NCBI RefSeq assembly: GCF_009834535.1
Contig: NC_045717.1
Coordinates: 15,500,001-15,564,000, forward strand
From: Camelus ferus
Lineage: Eukaryota
Reading direction: 5' to 3'
DNA length: 64,000 nucleotides
In this document: one piece after another, positions 24,761 through 36,403 of the stretch
Layout of the letters: every line of letters starts with the position of its first letter
Position numbering within the stretch: position 1 is the first letter of the stretch
Position numbers and translations under genes: made by a program
The notes under the pieces: generated by a model
What the model was told of the DNA's origin: nothing
The model's database searches: none
What the model saw: only the letters and a program-made list of their open reading frames with translations

Positions 24761-25541
24761 ATAAATTTCAGCTGTTATTATTAACCTTAACACTGCCAAG
24801 ATGAAAATCCTATTTTTCAAGTTAGCTTCCCCAATCAAATTGCAGGCTCCTAGAGGGCGGCAGCCAGTCCCAGTCTGCCTAGGGTCCCAGTTCTGGCAAC
24901 AGGCTGGCCTCCAAGCTAGCCTTTAATCTGGGTTTGCTGACTGACACGATTCTCAACTTCAATTCCAGGATTTGGTTGTTGCCAAGATTCTATTCCTGGT
25001 TTCTGGGATTTTTGAGGCACTGCCAAGTCCCAGCTGGAGGAAGGGGCCTCGCCCTTACCCCCACCCCCACCCCCCGAATTCACACTGACTGGAGAAGATG
25101 CCTCCTAGGTTCACAGAGAAACTACAGTTGTGTGTCCAGCCTGCTATAGAGGTTGTGGCCCATGAGCATAATGTGGACAAATAATAAGCACTACCTGTAA
25201 GCCAAGCCAATTACAGACATTGGGACACAGCAGGGCCCTCCCAGCTCTCACATTCTCCCAGACACTAGAAACCCAGGGGCTCCTCCCTAAAGCCTCCCAC
25301 TCCTCTGGAACCCCACGTCCTTGCTCCCCTCATACTGCCAATGGGGTTCTTAAGGTGGGGGCAGATGGGAAGTTAGAACATCACCTACAAACCCAACTCT
25401 TGCACTCTCCTCCTGATAAAAGAATATCCCTGAGTAGGGAGTGTGGATGAAGTCCAGAATAGGGTCTTGTGGGGGACAGCTGTCCCCCTCCTCAGCACCC
25501 CGTTTCCAGCTCCCAGAGGCCCGGTAGGGAGAGAAACCGGG

Positions 25542-25562
25542 GGACCTGTCCGTGGTGCTGAA
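25542..25562 (-). promoter_or_regulatory. RE1/NRSE (REST site) in NCAN intron 1
   Basis: Minus strand TTCAGCACCACGGACAGGTCC matches 19/21 of consensus TTCAGCACCACGGACAGCGCC, first 17 nt exact. Confidence 0.85.
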
Positions 25563-25934
25563 CTCTGGGGCAGCTGTGCAGCGTCACTGCCTCCTGATCT
25601 CCTCCTTTCCTTCTTAGGGCAGTGCCTCTGGGTCCAGAGAGGGCTAGTAGTTTGCCTAGGGCTTCACAGCAGGTCAGAGGCCAGGTCCTGGGATGATAAT
25701 CCCTAACTACCAATCTGTAAACCTGCGCAACCTCTGTCTCTATCCCAGGTTGTCCACACTTCTCCCCCTCGGAACCCCAAGCAAGAGCGGCATCCCCTGA
25801 TGGCTGTTCAAGACCTGAATGGGTATTAGAAGGTGGGGCAGGACTCTGGGCTGTGTCTGCTCCAGAAGGACCTTAAGAGAGGGCAAGTGCAGAGAATTCT
25901 CACATATATACACACGCACATACATACTCTTAAA

Positions 25935-26140
25935 GATTAAGAGCTCAGACTACATCCACATGACTTGACTTCAAGCCCTGTCTGTACTCCCTACTTGTTG
26001 CATGACCCTAGATAGCTGCTTCAACACTCTGTGTTTCAGTTTCCCCATCTGTAAAATGGGGATAACCCAGCACATACCTCATAGTGTTATTGCGAGAATG
26101 GAATGAGCTAAGACTTGTGAAATCCAAGAAATGTTAACTC
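25935..26140 (+). mobile_element. MIR
   Basis: tctgtgtttcagtttccccatctgtaaaatggggataac...tagtgttattgcgagaatggaatgag. Confidence 0.7.
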
Positions 26141-28611
26141 GGAATGCTAACAGCTTCTTGTACACAAAGCCTTGTGTACATACTCTTATATAGAATAGGG
26201 TCCAAAAAGGTGACAGGCACAGGTTCAGATGCACCCTCCCTGCCCACACACAGGCCTTCTCACATGCACTCCACTCCCCTCCAGTTGGACCCTCACACAC
26301 CCACCCCCTTTCTCTTAAAATAGCTCTTTCCCAGGGCCACCAGAGGTGAGCAGTTACACAGCTGTCTGGGGCTTGTCCCCTCATTAATAATGCATGAGCC
26401 TCATACATATGCAAGTAGGGGCCTGTGGGGTTTGGGGGGAGGGGTGGCCCAGAAGGAGAGAGATAGCAGAGAGAGAGAAAGTATGTGTGTGTGTGTATGT
26501 GTGTATGTCCCTCTCCCTCACACCCACCTCCTGTCTCAGAAGGCACTGAGTGAGGGTGAGTTTCCCAGCAGGTGTTTTTGTGTGTTTGTGACTGGGTGTG
26601 CATTAGGGTGCTGTGTCCAGGCAAGGATATTCATGAGATTTTGCTCCATGGTTTGTGAAAGTGTACAAGAGTCCACAGCAGCTCTATGCACTGGGTGGGG
26701 TGTAGGGGACCCAGTGTGGTCTCTGCATGTGGAGCTCAGCAGGAGCTATGAGTACATGTGTGTATGTGTTATTAGCCCTGGAATCAGGGTATATTTGTGT
26801 ACATGGTGTGAGCATGGAACTCCTTGGAGGAGAAAGAAAGCTGGGCTCAGTAAATCATCCCAGGCTCCCCCTTGGAGATCTGACCCTTCCTGCCAATGTC
26901 TCCCACATTAGCTCCCAAACTCTGCACACAGACCACATCTCACACTCCCCTGCCCAGGGTCCACACTGCCAACCACATGGAGAGGACCCTTGCTGTACAC
27001 AAGGGACACATACATAGCCACACACTCTAGGCTCAGAGCCTAGGAGACACACACACTCACAGAGTCACAGTGACATTAACAAAGAGAGACAATATGGGCA
27101 CTTACAAGGCAGGCAGCACGTCTTCTGCACAAAGACACACACCCACAGTCTCAGGCTCCCCACATAAACCCCTCGATAAGGCCACTCCGTCAGACACAGC
27201 TCCTCACACACACTCACACACATCGATGCCAGCCCCTGGCACAGACTGGGCTGGATAAATTGTGGCCTTGTTGACTGGTGAGCACACATCATTCTGCAAC
27301 CTGGTGACATGGCCCCCGGCACAAGTTTCCTGACAAAGACACAACCTGGGTCACATTCAACTCACAGAGGGCCCCAGGCACCCCCATAAGCACACACCTT
27401 TTCCCAGTATGGGATAGACACACATACACAAAGTCACCACCTCCTGGGGGGCCCCTTCCATTTGGGAATATCCACAAGCCAGGGAGGCTGCTGGGTTCTG
27501 GGGTCCCACGGTCTGCCCAGTCCTCCCTCCCTGCCCTTCCCCCACATCCCCCACTGGGGCCCAGCGCCAACCCTCTCCTCAGCCTGGCTGTCTCCCATTA
27601 ATGCTGCTGAGAGGAACAAAGCCCCAGGCGCAGGGAGGGGGGTCGCTCCTGCCCAGGCTGGGCTGGGGGTCCCAGCCCTTTACTTCCCAGCGCCTGTGCC
27701 CCCAAGCCAAGCCAGGACTTCCACATGCATCCATATGGACAGATGGAACTGAAGGGGTGAGGCAAAGGTCTGTGTCTAGCTGTGAGGACCTGGCCAGATG
27801 TGGAAGTACTGAGGGTGGCTCCCCTCTTGGGACTGGGTGCCCTTTATTGGTCCTGGGATCAATAACTGGGGGCTTTAAGGGACTCTGACCCAGCACTCAC
27901 CTGGGAGACCCAGTGTGCTCCCTGGAGGAAGGAAGAGCACCCCAACTCCAGGTCCAGGGAACAACAGGGACCACCTTGGAATGGACCCCCTCCAGAGCCT
28001 CCTCCCTGAGTCAGGTTGTGGTGACAAGATCTGAACCAAAAAGACAGGGAGACTGCAGGGCACCCTTCCCCATGAGGGTTCACTCTCAGTGCAGACCCCC
28101 TTCCACTTGGGCTCAGGTTAGTCTGGGGGGCCCCTCCCGGCTGCAGTTCAGCCTGGACTCCTCCATTCATCTGCAAATTGGAAATCCCTACTTAAAATCT
28201 TGGGGTGTCTCAGCTCAGACACCAGGGTGCCCTGTTCCGGAGTCCCACACACAGTATGTGGGTGTCCCTGTCTTCTCTCCTAACTCGGGGTGCCCTTCCC
28301 TAGCCTTGGCTCCCAGCGCCTCCTCCCCAATTCTAAGACCCACCCCAAGCCCGGCCCCCTCCCCAACTCGGGGTTCTCTCTGCATTCCCCTGGACAACCT
28401 TATTCCCAAAACTGCGAATCCCCCTGACATTCCCAAGCTCCCTCCCAGTTTGCTTTCCCTCCCCACCCCGGGGCTTCCCTCCCCCTCTCAGCCCCCTCCC
28501 TATTCTGGGGGCTTCTCGCTGATCCCAGGTTCCATCTCCAAACCCAAGCTCTGCTTCTGATCCCGAGGACCTCTCCCTCAACGGGGCCTCCTCCCCACGA
28601 CAGATCCCCAC

Positions 28612-28712
28612 CTGGCTCCTAGCTCGGACGCATCCCGGGGCGGTCGACTGGCACAAAGGACGCTCCAGCTGGGCTCAATCCGCGCCGGGTCCACCCCTGG
28701 GCCCTGCGCTCC
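28612..28712 (-). other. NCAN: NCAN non-coding exon 1 (TSS approximate)
   Basis: CpG-rich; ~25-30 nt downstream of a TATA element; ends GAGCCAG|GTGGGG; resembles the remembered human 5'UTR. Confidence 0.8.
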
Positions 28713-28735
28713 ACTCGCCCAGCGCCGCCTCAGCG

Positions 28736-28772
28736 CTTATAAAGGGGCTGCGGGGCTGCGCTGCGCATGCGC
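28736..28772 (-). promoter_or_regulatory. NCAN: NCAN core promoter: TATA (TTTATAAG) plus NRF1 motif TGCGCATGCGC at 28762-28772
   Basis: Both motifs read directly in a CpG island upstream of exon 1. Confidence 0.75.
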
Positions 28773-29533
28773 CCCTGCCAGCCCGAAGCCTCCAACTGAG
28801 CGAGGGAGGGGGCTCCTCCTGCCTAAAACCCTCTCCCTACTCCTACGACCACTCATCCCACCCAGGGGAAGACAGCGCCTGACCTCCTCCTTTCACGTCT
28901 TCCTAGGTGCCATGTTAAGTGTCTCCGGACTCCCCATGATGGGGCCTGCTCCATCTTACAGATGGGGAAACTGAGCCCCAGGGAAATGAAGTCGCTCCCA
29001 AGGTCACGCAGAGGGGAAGAGCAGAACTGGGATTCCAACCCTGGCCTGCCTGACTCTCCAGGGCTCAAACTTGAAGCAGTTTGGGCTACAATTACTATTT
29101 TATCCCATGCATAGAGAAGAAGCTGAGGCTCAGAGAAGCTCAAAAGCTCCCTCCGTCACACCACTGATAAAAGACTTGCAGGGTCAGAGCCCAGGTGTGT
29201 CACACGCAGAGCTGTTTCTGCCACCAGAAACAGTTTCAGCCAGAACTATCATTCATTCATTCATTTCCTTATCTAATCTGCTTTTATGGTGCAACTGCTG
29301 TGCACCAGGTACTGTTGTTACTTTTGCTTTGAGCAGGGGGCACGTGTGTGTCTTTGCAGGGAGAACCGCNNNNNNNNNNNNNNNNNNNNNNNNNNNNNNN
29401 NNNNNNNNNNNNNNNNNNNNNNNNNNNNNNNNNNNNNNNNNNNNNNNNNNNNNNNNNNNNNNNNNNNNNNNNNNNNNNNNNNNNNNNNNNNNNNNNNNNN
29501 NNNNNNNNNNNNNNNNNNNNNNNNNNNNNNNNN

Positions 29534-29760
29534 CAAATCCAGAGGCAGAAAGTAGATGAGTGGTTACCAGGGGCTGGGGGAGGAGGAAAGGGGAGTAACT
29601 GCAGATGGGTACAGGATTTTCTTTTGGGGTGATGGAAATGTTCTAGTACTAGATAGTAGCAATGACTGCACAATTATGTTAATATACTTAATGCCACCAA
29701 TTGTATGCCTTCAAATGGAAAACTTTATGTTCTGTGTATTTTACCATGATGAAAAATGGA
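29534..29760 (+). mobile_element. L1 (L1MB-like) 3' end
   Basis: cagaaagtagatgagtggttaccaggggctgg...ggggtgatggaaatgttctag. Confidence 0.75.
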
Positions 29761-30745
29761 AATGAGGGAGGACAAAAACTTAAAGAGGTCAGCCCCTTCC
29801 CGGGTGTTAGTCTCTCAATACTGACAATGGGCTGCACTGGGCAAAGGGTCTGTGCATTCCATTTGTGTCCTGCATCTGTGTGTGTGTGCGTGTATGTGCG
29901 TGCGTGTGCACACATGCCCATCTCTGAGGGTGGGTCTTGGTCTGGTGGGGGGATACAGATAAATGGAGGACAAGATGTTTTTGGCAAAATTACCAAAAAG
30001 GGTGTGGGAATGAGTGAAGGATGGGGGAAGAGCCCAAGGGAGCAAGGTTGCTCTGGAACATCTCTGTCAGCCTGCTGTTCCAGGAGTGGGAGAGTGGTGG
30101 CCCTAAGGGCCAAAGTGACACTGGGGAGCTATGCTTACTGTCCAACTCCTCAACACAGAGGAGGGATGGAAGTTGGGGATCACACTGATTAAGTATCTGC
30201 ACGTGACAGGCAGCAGTGACAGAAGTCTGGGTATGGTTGTGTGATGTGTGTGGGAGCTGCAGGTTGGCCTCCATGAGTCCATAGTTCAAAACTCTGCAAC
30301 TCCTAACACTGTGACTCTGGACCAGCCATTTTGTCTTTCTGTGCCTCCGTTTCCCTGTCGAAAACAGGGATAATTAAGAGCAATCACCTTACAGGGTTTC
30401 TGGGAGAATGAAATGGGAAGTAAAGACACAAGCTGGGGGCTGCTACCATGATACGGCCCGTATTCCAGCTGGGGAAACTGAGGGTCAGGGAGACTGGACC
30501 ACCTGCCTGAGGCTGGTTGCACTGTATGAGTAGGGTCAAGTGGGAACCAGGTCTATGCCTTCAGAACCAAGCTGATTCCCACCCTGACTCCCCTTACCCC
30601 TCCACTCCCCCCTCCTCCCCACGCCAGGCTCCCCTGGCTGGTGCCAGGGCTGAGCTTAGAGGGGCTGGCCTGGGGCCCAAGGGCAGGCTGTTGCTGGGGG
30701 CTTGAATGAGGCAACTTCGCCTGGGAATCTGCTGGGCTCAAAGAG

Positions 30746-30755
30746 CTATTTATAG
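30746..30755. promoter_or_regulatory. MEF2 consensus site CTATTTATAG ~2 kb upstream of the NCAN TSS
   Basis: Exact CTA(A/T)4TAG match, an isolated AT-rich motif in GC-rich non-repeat sequence. Confidence 0.5.
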
Positions 30756-33700
30756 GCCTGCACTGGGAATGGGCCAGCCGCTCCCCCCTCTCCAGCCCTG
30801 AGTGCCCTCTCTATCCCCCCTATCTGGGGCCCCCACAGGGGCTGCTGCAGGTGGGGGAGGGAGCAGGGAAGGGGGCAGGTGGGCTGGAGCAGGAGCAAGG
30901 AGGCAGGACCCTCCAGGAGAGCTGCATCTCTGAGTACACAGTGTCCCCCAACGTGCCTCTCACTTCCCCAAGGTGACATACAGACAGGGCACATGCAACC
31001 ACATTCACATCTGTCACATACAATGTCACCAACAATCACCAATACCAAGTCATACACTAGACACACAGTGACAGCATAGGCAGATCATCTACAGCCATAC
31101 CGGCCAGGCCACATATAGATCACCCTGGCCACACACAACGTCAACTGGTTGCACACAGGTCAGGCCTGCTGCACAACCAAACTCACAGCTGTGAGCCTGG
31201 CCACACCAGGAGTCCTTTCAGACTCAAACACACCCATTGCTGTGCACACCCACTGAAACTTAGCCTTCCTGCTGCCACAAACACAGCCCACATTTGTCCC
31301 ATGTTGTTTACACCCAGCCATGCTTATGGCCGTGGGCATACTACAAACAGCCAGCACCTGACCTAGATCACTTGATACCATGTCACCAACATGGAGACAG
31401 TCCCCCCTGGGCCATATTCACAGCACAGCCACTCAACACACCCGATCTTGGCCCTGGGTGTTCCCATGTGAGCTCAGCACAATCCCTTCATGCCTCACCA
31501 CCCGCTCTCATGTCACTGTCACCTCCACTTACCCAGGCTTGCACCCTGCCAGGACCGACAATTCCAGATGGAAAGAAGTGAGCATCCATTTACTCAGAGC
31601 TGGGCCCTGCTGGACCTATGCAGGCCCTGTGGATAAATCAGACCAGGACTTGCCCCATGGGGCCTGCCAGCCCAGGAGACTCTGTCACAGCCACCATCAT
31701 AGACTCTCTAGGCTGGAACCTTAGGGCAACCATTACACTTACTCCCCAGGGGGAAATGGAGGTTCTAAGCTATCTCAGGGCCTCTCCCTCCCCCAACTCT
31801 GGGATGACAGATCCATGGGAATTGCTATTTGTTTTCTGCCATGAGTGTGGCTGCTTCCTCAAAGAGAGTCCCTGCTGAGCCATACTTGCTGTGTGACTTC
31901 AGCAAATCCCTGGCCCTCTCTGAGCCTCCATTTCCTCTCCTGAAAATGCAGAACTCAATTCAGTGGTGGGAACTCCAGAGTCAGACTAGGGCTTGAATCC
32001 CGGTTCCCCTGGGTGACCTCAGCCAAATGTCTTCTCTGTGCCTCAGTTTCCCTCACTAAACCAGAGTTGCAGCTCCTGCTCTTCTAGAGCTCTCTCTACC
32101 CCGTCCCCTGGGGTGAGGGGGGAGGGAGTGCCTAGTCTCCTCTCACTCTGACAAATGAATGGACCACTTTTGGCTGCCCTGCTGGGAGCTTAGAGCTGCT
32201 AATTCCTTGGAGAAACAGGAGGCTCTTTCATGCCCAGGCGCCGGTGGGGTGGGGAGGTGGGAAGAGGGTATGAGGCTGGCTTCATCCCAATGGGTGAGGT
32301 GGCTCCATGCCAAGACCAGGATTGGCAATAAGGGCCCTGGGGCCATGCATATCGTCCCTGGGAACCTTGACCAAGCGGCTATACATATCCTCAGCTGTAA
32401 AATGTGGTGACTGGGACCAGCACAGCAGGTTTAATGAGTCAGGTTTTTAATGGATGAAGACAAAACGTGGCTTCAACTTAAACACAGAGTAGGCTCTCAA
32501 CAAAGGTCAGCCACTGTTGTTATGTGTCAGCCTGAAGCGCCCACTGAATTCTCCAGCAGTCCTGTAAATAGAATCCCCTCCATTTCACAGATGAGGAAAC
32601 TGAGGTTCAGAGAGCTCAACATACTTGTCCAAGATCACACAGCTCATGAGTGAGTGACCCAACCAGGATTTGAACCAGATCTAAGCCCTCTGGAGTCCAC
32701 GCTCTTCCTAAATTCCTCCAGGGGTAGGTAGGGAGGTGTTTTTTTGACACCCCCAGCCCCGGCCCTGAGACGAGAACGAGGTCTGAATGGCACCAGGCCA
32801 TGACTGAATGCAAGAAGTCCTGGCAGGCAGGGGCTGATGGAGTGGCCCTTCCGCTGGTGTCCCAGTTTCCCAGCCAGCCCCCACTCCTGGTGTGGACTTG
32901 GCCAGACACTAGTAGGATGCCAGGAGGACCATTCCCCTAGCCCTTGAAAAAAGGGGTTGGATCCCAGACCATTCCGTTAAAGCCAGGAACTGCAACCTCC
33001 TGCCAGTGGCTGCTCTGTTTCAGAGCCCTCCATTCATGCAGACTGGATGGTGAACCGCCCTTTCTCAAACACCTTCCGTGACTGCTTTAGGCCTAGCAGG
33101 ATCTGGCTCCACATATTTTATTCAAATTCATGGTCTTTCATCCAACCAGGACTTTGCTTATGCTGTTCTCCCTGCCTACGCCTCTCTCCCCATTTTCCTC
33201 ACCCTGGTGAATTTCTGCCCATCCATTAAAGTGCAGGCCTAATATCGCCTCTCCCAGGAAACCCTCTCTCCAAGTATAGCCCCTGCTATCCCAGCTCTCT
33301 CTCTCCCCCCTGGTTCAGCCCTGGCCCCATAGGGCCGAGAGTGTATATGTCTAGCTTACCCACATTGGGAGATCCTCAGGTATGGGGCTGGAGCTGAGGC
33401 CTCTCTCATTCTCCAGCATCACCCAGGACAGGACTGGGCAGTAAGGGAGTGGCAGTTGTTTAATGAATCAGTGAAACAAATCTTTAGCCATGTATCTGAG
33501 GCTTTGTGTAATCCGGTTTGGTAAACTCCTGTTCATCCTTCAAAATCCACCTCGCATTCCCCCTCCTCCAAGACGCCTGTCCCTGGCAGCATTAACTGAG
33601 AAGACGGATTTGGGGACACATGAGGCTGATAAAGACTCCCAGTACTCGCAACATCTTGGCTTCTTCCTCAACTCTTCCTTCGGCCTCTGGGAGGCAGTGA

Positions 33701-33809
33701 GGTGCAGGGGTTCCCAGGCTCCAGTTGCAGTTAAGGAATGAATCCGGCCGACTTCATTTTGCCGGTAGGAAGACATCATTATAAGAAATCTCTCGGACTC
33801 CAAAACTAG

Positions 33810-34640
33810 TGCTCTATGCCCGCGGGCACCAAAGGACAGCGCCCCGCACACAGTCGTAACACATTTGCTTTAGGTGCCAGCCTTCTTCCTCCAACTCCGA
33901 GGGACACGCAATCACTGGACAAGGGCCCTTTAAGAGGTGGGCGCTGAGGGGGCGGGGCTCAAAATAAACCGCGCCCCGGGAGCGCGGGCTGGGCGAACCT
34001 GAGTAACACTGCGCCTGCGCAGTGTTGACGCGGTTCCGGGTCTGGGTTTTGGTTCCCCGAGCTGTTAGCAGCGAAACTGAGGCTCGGAGAGGGAGCAGTT
34101 GTCCCCTCAGGAAACCTGTTTCCCCTCCTTGGACCCACTGTGAAAGTTCTGGACTTCAGTCATTGACAGTTTCCCCGAAACTCCTAATCTGTCCGGCAAG
34201 GGGGTGATAACGGCGACATTTAGGAGTGAAGTGACGGGGCAGTGACGGTCCTTGTGCCGTGTTACAGGTGAGGACGTGCAGACTCTGAGACGTGAATGAG
34301 ATCGCGCCCCTGCGGCTGCTTTGGCGCCGAGATTCAAATCGGGGCTGAGCGAAGCCCTGAATCCTGCGAGGCCTTGTGGCGCCGAGATGACCCACTCTTT
34401 GGTTTGTCCAGAGACAGTAAGCAGGTGAGAGCCCAGGTGGGGTTAGGTGAACGGAGGCGGCCAATGGTGGGCGAGGCTCTTGGCCTGCGGTTAGACCCGG
34501 GTGGACAGAAATGGGGGAACCGGTGGTGAGGAAGGGGTGGGCCGGATAGCAGGTGGGTCCTCGCCGCTGGGCTCAACACCTCTCCACGCCCTGATTCTGA
34601 TTGCTTCCAGGGTGAGTTCGGTGCTGAATCGTAACACTAG
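33810..34640 (+). promoter_or_regulatory. NR2C2AP: NR2C2AP CpG-island promoter (GC box ~33952, NRF1-like palindrome 34005-34026)
   Basis: High CpG density over and upstream of exon 1; motifs read directly. Confidence 0.75.
34387..34424 (+). CDS. NR2C2AP: NR2C2AP (TRA16) exon 1, coding part
   Basis: ATG ACC CAC TCT TTG GTT TGT CCA GAG ACA GTA AGC AG|GTGAG = MTHSLVCPETVS. Confidence 0.95.
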
Positions 34641-34701
34641 GCAGTTTGGAAAGAAGCACCTGTTCGACCAGGACGAGGAGACATGCTGGAACTCAGACCA
34701 G
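34611..34701 (+). CDS. NR2C2AP: NR2C2AP exon 2
   Basis: RVSSVLNRNTRQFGKKHLFDQDEETCWNSDQ; CAG/GTGAG. Confidence 0.96.
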
Positions 34702-34914
34702 GTGAGGCACCTTCTCTCTGGACCCTCCACCCCAAGTGTGAGTTAGAATCAAGGGTCCTAGAATTTCAGGGCACCCCAGATGGGCACAGTCAGATTGGCC
34801 AGGGAAGGAACCTGTGTACCCCCTCACCCACCACAGACTGTGTGAATGAGAGACGTGCATAGCAGGGCTCTGAGCCCAGAGTGACCATGGGCCTCTGTTT
34901 CAATCTGCTTCCAG

Positions 34915-35020
34915 GGCCCCTCCCAGTGGGTGATACTGGAGTTTCCCCAGCGCATCTGTGTCTCCCAGCTGCAGATCCAGTTCCAAGGGGGCTTCTCCTG
35001 TCACCAGGGCCGCCTGGAAG
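34915..35020 (+). CDS. NR2C2AP: NR2C2AP exon 3
   Basis: GPSQWVILEFPQRICVSQLQIQFQGGFSCHQGRLE; CAG/GTACC. Confidence 0.95.
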
Positions 35021-35096
35021 GTACCGGAAGGTCCTAGAAGGTGGGGGATTGGAGGGGGCACACCGACCTCACAGTCTGCTCCTTTCTACCCTGCAG

Positions 35097-35164
35097 GTTC
35101 CCAGGGGAGTGAGGCCTTTGGAAAGATTGTGGAGTTTTACCCTGAGGACAACAACTCGCTTCAG
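35097..35164 (+). CDS. NR2C2AP: NR2C2AP exon 4
   Basis: GSQGSEAFGKIVEFYPEDNNSLQ, followed by the ATATCCTG U12-type donor. Confidence 0.93.
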
Positions 35165-35417
35165 ATATCCTGCTCCAGCCTCTGGGTGGGGTGGTCTGTG
35201 CCTCTGAAAGCTGTGGGACCTGGTGTGTGACCTGGAGCGAGATGCCTTTAGGTCTCCACTGCTTCATCTGTAGAATGGGCTGATAATAATCTGTTCTGAG
35301 TGAGAGCTTCAGAGTGGCCCATAGCGTGCCAGGTTGCCCAGCATGTTGGGGTATCTGAGCTGGGGCTGGTAGGTGGGAAATAGTGAGGCACCTGTTTCCC
35401 TTGACTGCTCTGCTTAC
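35165..35417 (+). other. NR2C2AP: U12-type (minor spliceosome) AT-AC intron 4 of NR2C2AP, 253 nt
   Basis: 5' end ATATCCTG; branch TTCCCTTGAC at 35396-35405; 3' end TTAC; removal joins ...NNSLQ|TFPVPAAEV... in frame. Confidence 0.9.
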
Positions 35418-35537
35418 ACCTTCCCTGTGCCAGCTGCTGAGGTGGACCGGCTGAAAGTGACATTTGAGAACACCACTGATTTCTTCGGCCGAGTAGTCAT
35501 CTACCACCTGCGAGTACTAGGAGAAAAAAAGGTGTGA
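35418..35537 (+). CDS. NR2C2AP: NR2C2AP exon 5, coding part (stop TGA); protein 140 aa
   Basis: TFPVPAAEVDRLKVTFENTTDFFGRVVIYHLRVLGEKKV*; summed CDS 423 nt. Confidence 0.94.
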   Translation, partial: TFPVPAAEVDRLKVTFENTTDFFGRVVIYHLRVLGEKKV

Positions 35538-35608
35538 GGCCTGTGGCTGCTTCCTCCAGGAAGCCCTCCGGGAAGCACAGCAAAGCTCTTCAAGTTCTGC
35601 ACAGAAGG

Positions 35609-35614
35609 TTTATT
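35609..35614 (-). terminator. RFXANK: RFXANK polyadenylation signal AATAAA
   Basis: tttatt on plus, ~130 nt after the RFXANK stop. Confidence 0.7.
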
Positions 35615-35742
35615 GTTTCCTCTCAGAAAGGGCCCTCTCCCACCGTCTGTCCAGGAGCTGCCTCTGAAGCCAGGTCTGGGTTCCCCCAGCTCTGGGTTGA
35701 CCATTTTGTTCCCTGAGTGTCTGAGTACCCGGCAGACGGTGT

Positions 35743-35943
<201 letters not shown>

Positions 35944-36153
35944 TCATACACAGGGAAATTCAGACTCTTGCCAGAACACAGCTAGGAAGACAGAGGCCCC
36001 CATTCTAAGAACCTTAATTTCCCTGAAGTTGTAAAAATGCATTTTTGAGGTTTTTCAGTTATAAAAAATACTCCTTACCAAACAAAATTGGCAAACTGTG
36101 ACTTTTATGAAAAGATGAGAGGGACCGTGAGGAATTATCTCTGTCTCACATGG

Positions 36154-36159
36154 AATAAA
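36154..36159 (+). terminator. NR2C2AP: Likely NR2C2AP polyadenylation signal AATAAA (variant TATAAA at 36060 is an alternative)
   Basis: First canonical plus-strand hexamer I found after the stop at 35537. Confidence 0.5.
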
Positions 36160-36403
36160 ACTCCTTGAAGGAAAAAGTGGGATACTTCCCAAGCCCCACC
36201 GTGACCCCAGGGGTTTGGATCCATTAGGATCTTCCTACTTTCTAAAGGGGCCCTGGGAGCTGGGCTTAGCATGTGCCAAGGCCAAGTACATAGTGGCATT
36301 TGATGTTTGCTGACATCCAAGAGGGATGTGATGTCCTGTGTTCCCCTCTGTGGTCATCCCACCTACAGCACCTTGTCACTGCCCCTACGTGTCTCAGGCC
36401 AAC

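Noticed and set aside
31088-31101. TCTACAGCCATACC resembling the 5' end of 5S rRNA (13/14)
   Set aside because: Similarity collapses after 14 nt and there is no internal promoter; compatible with chance
33826-33843. RE1-like GCACC-AAA-GGACAGCGCC near NR2C2AP
   Set aside because: Only the right half is good; the left half is degenerate, spacing is non-canonical, and it sits at a housekeeping-type promoter
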